Positions 60,085 to 64,000 of a stretch of DNA of 64,000 nucleotides are shown here, one piece after another. The notes under the pieces are model-generated. The model worked only from the letters and a program-made list of their open reading frames with translations. It had not been told where the DNA came from and searched no databases. This DNA is from Candidatus Latescibacterota bacterium (GTDB lineage Bacteria; Latescibacterota; UBA2968), in the NCBI GenBank assembly GCA_965222605.1, contig OZ244960.1, forward strand, positions 32,001 to 96,000, read 5' to 3'. The first letter of the stretch is position 1. Every line of letters begins with the position of its first letter. A program made the position numbers and the translations under genes.

Positions 60085-62178
60085 ATGATATTGCGAATGC
60101 TATTCAGTCTTATGCTCGTCGTACCAACAAATGTAGTATGGGCGAATATCGACTCTTTACTCATTGCGGCCACAGATACGACGCGTGCGTTTGAAGATCG
60201 CGAGTCGCTCTTAAAAGCGGCTGCAAAAAGCGATCCGTCGGGACGCGCGGCCCACGCGCTGGGTACATTGTACATGTTGCAGGGCAAAGGGCATGTACAC
60301 GATGCCGAGCGATGGTTAAAAAGGGCGATGCAAAAAAAACCGAATAATGGGAATATTTTGACCTCGCTGGCCGAGTATTACTGGCGCATCGGGAGGCGAA
60401 CAACCGCGATAGTATATGCCAAGCGAGGTATTGAACGCGATCCCGACAATGTGGGACCATTGTATTGGGCGGCGCGCTTTGAAATGTGGAATATGACGCG
60501 GTATCTGGATGGCGAGCGCAAAATTGTGAATTATGGTTCGGATTTCAATAGATACAGGAGAACAGTCAGAACATTGAGTTTGGAAAATTACGGCATTGAA
60601 GCGCGCGATGCGGCCATTGGATATTTGACGCGTGCAATTGACAAACACCCAGACCACTGGCCCTCGCATCACTTATTGGGACTGGTCTATTACGAAGGCC
60701 GAATGGCTCGTGAATTGATTCCCCTATTTGAAAATTATGTGCAACGGCATCCCGACAATGCCCATGCACATTTTTTTGTTGGATTGGGGTATCAAGCTGA
60801 GGACCGGTTGCAGGATGCGTATGCGGCCTATACCAGGGGGCTTGCGCGCATGGCAGAAGAAGAGCAACGCTTCATGATGGGTGTGTTCATACTCGCCGAT
60901 CCCGACTCAACTGCGCCAGATCGCGCGTCCATTCGCAAATTCTGGACGGGGCGAGACCCGTTATTTTTGACCGAATACAACGAGCGATTACTCGAACACT
61001 GTCGGCGCGTGGCTTATGCCAATTTGCGATTTGGCGATCCCTTAAAAGGCATTTCCGGATGGACAACAGATAAAGGCCAGGTTTATATCCGTTATGGTCA
61101 TCCAGTATCTCTGGTCGCGAGACCTGCGGAGTTTCATACAGGTGTGGATTTGCCCGGGTATATGCAGGATTATCTGGCCTGGCAGGCGCGGTGGCAGATG
61201 ATGTCGCATAATTACGAGCATCGGAAAGAATTGTGGCGATACGAAGGCTTTACCATCATTTTTGAAAATACGGACACGCGCGATCACTGGAATTTCCGCC
61301 TGGGCTGGTTGGATTCTGAAATGAATCCCCTGGGCTTTAAGATGTTTGTCGAGCGCAATCCCGACCATTTTCGAGACCCGTACTGGCACGAGCGGTACAA
61401 CGCGCCACATCAGATCGCGCAGTTTCGCGGAGAAGACGACAAAACGCGTGTTGAAGTGTATTATGCTCTGGACGCCGACGAGGTCGAAACAAAAGACCTC
61501 CGCGCAGGCGTAAAAGGCGTCAACTTGCGTCAGGGCCTGTTCCTTTTTGACGCTCAATGGGATACGTTGCGTCGGGATATAGGTCGGGTGCAGCGCATGC
61601 CCATCGTGAAGTACGATGCACTTGGCACGGGCTATTTGCTGGCGGGTGATCGGCTCAATTTGAAAGCCGGGCGTTATTATCTATCGGCAGAAGTCGAGGA
61701 CCTTATAAAAAAATCTGTGGGAACATTTCGCGATACGCTCAATGTGAGACAATTTTTAAAAGAGCAACTGGACATCAGCGACTTGTTGATGGCGCGACGC
61801 GTGGTCGAGCGCGAAGACCGCCCCTTTGGTCGCAATCGCTTTCTCATATTGTCAAATCCCTTGCGACGATATGAACACAACGGTCAAGCCGTGGTGTATT
61901 TTGAAATTTACAACTTACAGCGCGATAATTTTGGCGCGACCCATTACAAGCTCACCTTTCAAGTGCGCGCACTAAGCGATGCCGGCGATGTAGAGCAGGT
62001 GGATTGGGTAACAGCCGTGTCTTACGAACAACGCGGCAATAGCGACTGGGAGCCGTTGTTCTTGGCACTGGCACTGGACAAAACCATGCCAGGTCCCAAA
62101 GCACTGCGCGTGGTGATCGAAGATTTGCAAACTCTGGAAATGGCGCGTTCAACAACGCAGTTTCGCGTGATGTGGTAG
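60085..62178 (+). CDS. GWxTD-domain TPR protein, secreted
   Basis: Signal peptide; TPRs; FW..RDP...TE.NER..EH..RVAYAN..F.......GWTTDKG.VYIRYG.P. Confidence 0.9.
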   Translation: MILRMLFSLMLVVPTNVVWANIDSLLIAATDTTRAFEDRESLLKAAAKSDPSGRAAHALGTLYMLQGKGHVHDAERWLKRAMQKKPNNGNILTSLAEYYWRIGRRTTAIVYAKRGIERDPDNVGPLYWAARFEMWNMTRYLDGERKIVNYGSDFNRYRRTVRTLSLENYGIEARDAAIGYLTRAIDKHPDHWPSHHLLGLVYYEGRMARELIPLFENYVQRHPDNAHAHFFVGLGYQAEDRLQDAYAAYTRGLARMAEEEQRFMMGVFILADPDSTAPDRASIRKFWTGRDPLFLTEYNERLLEHCRRVAYANLRFGDPLKGISGWTTDKGQVYIRYGHPVSLVARPAEFHTGVDLPGYMQDYLAWQARWQMMSHNYEHRKELWRYEGFTIIFENTDTRDHWNFRLGWLDSEMNPLGFKMFVERNPDHFRDPYWHERYNAPHQIAQFRGEDDKTRVEVYYALDADEVETKDLRAGVKGVNLRQGLFLFDAQWDTLRRDIGRVQRMPIVKYDALGTGYLLAGDRLNLKAGRYYLSAEVEDLIKKSVGTFRDTLNVRQFLKEQLDISDLLMARRVVEREDRPFGRNRFLILSNPLRRYEHNGQAVVYFEIYNLQRDNFGATHYKLTFQVRALSDAGDVEQVDWVTAVSYEQRGNSDWEPLFLALALDKTMPGPKALRVVIEDLQTLEMARSTTQFRVMW

Positions 62179-62205
62179 CCTCGCCGTCAAAAAAGGAGAC
62201 GCAAT

Positions 62206-63168
62206 ATGGGCAAAGTTACTGGTATTATTTTGGTATTAGTCGTTTCTGTTGGTGCGGCGGAAAAGCCGCAGATGTTGCGCGCCTGGGCAAAGGACCGCTG
62301 GGCTGTGGTGACGGTGCGCGAAGTTACCGGAACAGTCGTTGTTGTCAGCCCGGCCATAGGGCGAGAAATTGATTTTGATGAGGGCAATCGGTTGGGCGTT
62401 TTTCAAGGCATAACAGAATATACAAAGCGCAGCAACGTGCCCACATTGACACATCCGGTAACGGGATTTCAGTCTGCGGTATTTCTCAAATTGGCAGACG
62501 ATCAATATGGCATCTGTGTAACCTTTCGCGACGAAGCAGGCACGCGCTGTCGGTTGCTACACATTCGAGATGTAGAGGAATTGCATCGCATTCGAGATTA
62601 TATCCATCGAATGACCGATGTAAAGGCTGCACCGGACTATCCATTGGTAACAGACGAAAAAGCGACTTGTGACGTAATATCACCTGTTTATCGCGCCCAT
62701 GAGCGGTTGCAAGTAAAAATGGCGCTGACAGATGGCGAGAAAATAAAAGGTGAACTTTTGCCGATGCTGGAAGATGGGCAAATGCTCATCGACACGCCCC
62801 TGGGATTTCGACGGATCAAAGTGGGCGCAATTGATCAGATTCGCATTGCACCGCGCGGAGGCAAACGGATTGTGACTGAGACAATTCGGAGCGGCATGAA
62901 GTACGGCATTCTGGGCGGGATTACGGGATTACTCGCGGGCTTGTCATTTGGAGGCTTATCTGCCAAAGACGAAATGACTCTTGGCGCTCTATGGGGCGGG
63001 ACGGTTGGAGCTTCAGTCGGATTTTTAGATGGGTTGCTGTCAATTGAACGCGCCCGAACATTTCGATTTGAACATGGTGATGCCAATAAAAAACCGAAGA
63101 TCCGACTTTTACCGCAGCAATTAAAGCCCTCAAGGGCTATCTCTTTTATACTTTCTTTTTCTATTTAA
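62206..63168 (+). CDS. Secreted hypothetical protein with C-terminal glycine zipper
   Basis: SD aaggag; signal peptide; GILGGITGLLAG...GALWGGTVGASVG. Confidence 0.75.
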   Translation: MGKVTGIILVLVVSVGAAEKPQMLRAWAKDRWAVVTVREVTGTVVVVSPAIGREIDFDEGNRLGVFQGITEYTKRSNVPTLTHPVTGFQSAVFLKLADDQYGICVTFRDEAGTRCRLLHIRDVEELHRIRDYIHRMTDVKAAPDYPLVTDEKATCDVISPVYRAHERLQVKMALTDGEKIKGELLPMLEDGQMLIDTPLGFRRIKVGAIDQIRIAPRGGKRIVTETIRSGMKYGILGGITGLLAGLSFGGLSAKDEMTLGALWGGTVGASVGFLDGLLSIERARTFRFEHGDANKKPKIRLLPQQLKPSRAISFILSFSI

Positions 63169-63295
63169 TTGTAACCCAATCTTCACTCGCGCTTAATAAA
63201 GAAAAAGCCCTCCGCAAATTGCGTCACCCTTCTCGAGGCCGCAAACTCATCTCGTATGCAGAAGCTGGCTAACGCATTAATCCCTCCCAAAAGTG

Positions 63296-63334
63296 AAAAA
63301 GCCTCTGAAGCGTGTATTTTCAGAGGCTTTTTTT
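63296..63334. terminator. Bidirectional terminator
   Basis: aaaaagcctctgaa / ttcagaggcttttt. Confidence 0.8.
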
Positions 63335-63370
63335 AATATCTAACACCAAAACTTGATTTGTCTGAGGTTG

Positions 63371-63392
63371 TTATGTACATTGCTGTACATAA
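63371..63392. promoter_or_regulatory. Toxin-antitoxin operator palindrome
   Basis: TTATGTACA-ttgc-TGTACATAA perfect inverted repeat with two TGTACA cores (the YefM-type operator core) just upstream of the antitoxin SD. Confidence 0.75.
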
Positions 63393-63408
63393 TCTGAAAG
63401 GAGGAAAA

Positions 63409-63642
63409 ATGAAAACTGTTACATCCACTGAATTTCGTCAGCATGCGACGGCGTATTTAAATGCTGTTGAACAGGGCGAGACGTTTCGTATATTGCGGCA
63501 CGGTAAACCTGTTGCTGATCTAAAACCCATAAAAACAAGCAACACCGTACCTTCCTGGAAACGGTGTATTGAACCGATCAAGTTAAGAGGTATTTCTGTT
63601 TCGGATATGATAGTAAAAGAAAGAGATGAGTACGGACGATGA
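63409..63642 (+). CDS. Phd/YefM-family antitoxin
   Basis: MKTVTSTEFRQH...YL..VEQGE...ILRHGKPVA.L.P; SD aggagg. Confidence 0.92.
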   Translation: MKTVTSTEFRQHATAYLNAVEQGETFRILRHGKPVADLKPIKTSNTVPSWKRCIEPIKLRGISVSDMIVKERDEYGR

Positions 63643-63700
63643 ATGCTTTTTTTGATTCTTCTGCCCTTGTCAAAAGATAGGTTGAAGATGATGGAGGTCG
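63639..63700 (+). pseudogene. vapC: Truncated VapC/PIN toxin
   Basis: ATGA overlap with the antitoxin; MNAFFDSSALVKR*VEDDG matches the PIN N-terminus (FD.SALVK.Y..E.G) with TAG at the Tyr position; the rest is absent. Confidence 0.8.
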
Positions 63701-63702
63701 TT

Positions 63703-64000
63703 ATGAGATATTCGGGTATGGTATTCGCGGTGATCTCCTCCACGCTATTTTTATCTGGATGTGAGGATTCCGATTTTGGTGTTGCCAATTTTATGCTGCC
63801 GGTTTTTCCCGAAGGCACAGAAGTCGATCCAAATTTGTTCACGGGAACCTGGCACGGCATAGAGGATGATGCAATGGTAAAAATCGAGAAGGAGGGGAAA
63901 AGTGCCATGCGCGTGCATTTTACAAGCGCGTCCGATACCTTGCATTTTACCGGTACTGCGTTTGGCATTGACGGCCAGGTATTTTTCGATCTCTTCCCCG
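63703..64000 (+). CDS. Hypothetical lipoprotein, 3'-truncated by the window edge
   Basis: SD ggagg; MRYSGMVFAVISSTLFLSGC lipobox; frame open to base 64000. Confidence 0.7.
   Translation, partial: MRYSGMVFAVISSTLFLSGCEDSDFGVANFMLPVFPEGTEVDPNLFTGTWHGIEDDAMVKIEKEGKSAMRVHFTSASDTLHFTGTAFGIDGQVFFDLFP

Noticed and set aside
63170-63295. Possible riboswitch or ncRNA in the intergenic region
   Set aside because: No recognisable aptamer motif or convincing stem set on either strand.
63678-63680. Amber recoding or read-through in vapC
   Set aside because: Similarity ends a few codons after the TAG, and TAG terminates intact genes elsewhere in the window (fdhD, purB, cocE), so it is a nonsense mutation.

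Overview
Bacterial chromosomal window (~50% GC). The FlgD-Ig/T9SS-like C-terminal sorting domains, cohesin/EF-hand surface proteins, GWxTD protein and BamD point to a diderm FCB-group organism, possibly Latescibacterota/Gemmatimonadota-like (inference only). It probably spans the replication terminus: a 28-bp dif site lies at 20019-20046, strand composition and gene orientation switch near 20 kb, and KOPS-like octamers converge on it. Left of dif are a lamin-tail-repeat surface protein, HU/IHF, fdhD and a six-gene exporter operon (5129-19052). In that operon an RND permease is fused to an intact ABC ATPase whose fold is interrupted by ~4 transmembrane helices, next to a second RND, an MFP, a free ABC ATPase and two ABC-2 permeases, one carrying an apparently inactive M1 peptidase domain and a golvesin-like domain. 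This hybrid RND-ABC machine is the best candidate for an undescribed system. Beside dif is an AT-rich HTH/coiled-coil gene with 11-bp-phased TTCC repeats. Right of dif is a housekeeping block (gcvT, leuS, asnS, pnp, rpsO, ribF, truB, rbfA, infB, nusA, rimP, der, zapA, nadD, bamD, purB, rfbC, purL). An accessory region follows: a GC-rich phytase between two copies of the purL 3' end, a 5+5 variable-loop propeller surface protein, other secreted proteins, a CocE hydrolase, a sulfatase and a decayed phd-vapC toxin-antitoxin locus. Several short gene-start remnants mark deletions. No rRNA, tRNA, CRISPR array, integrase or transposase was recognised.
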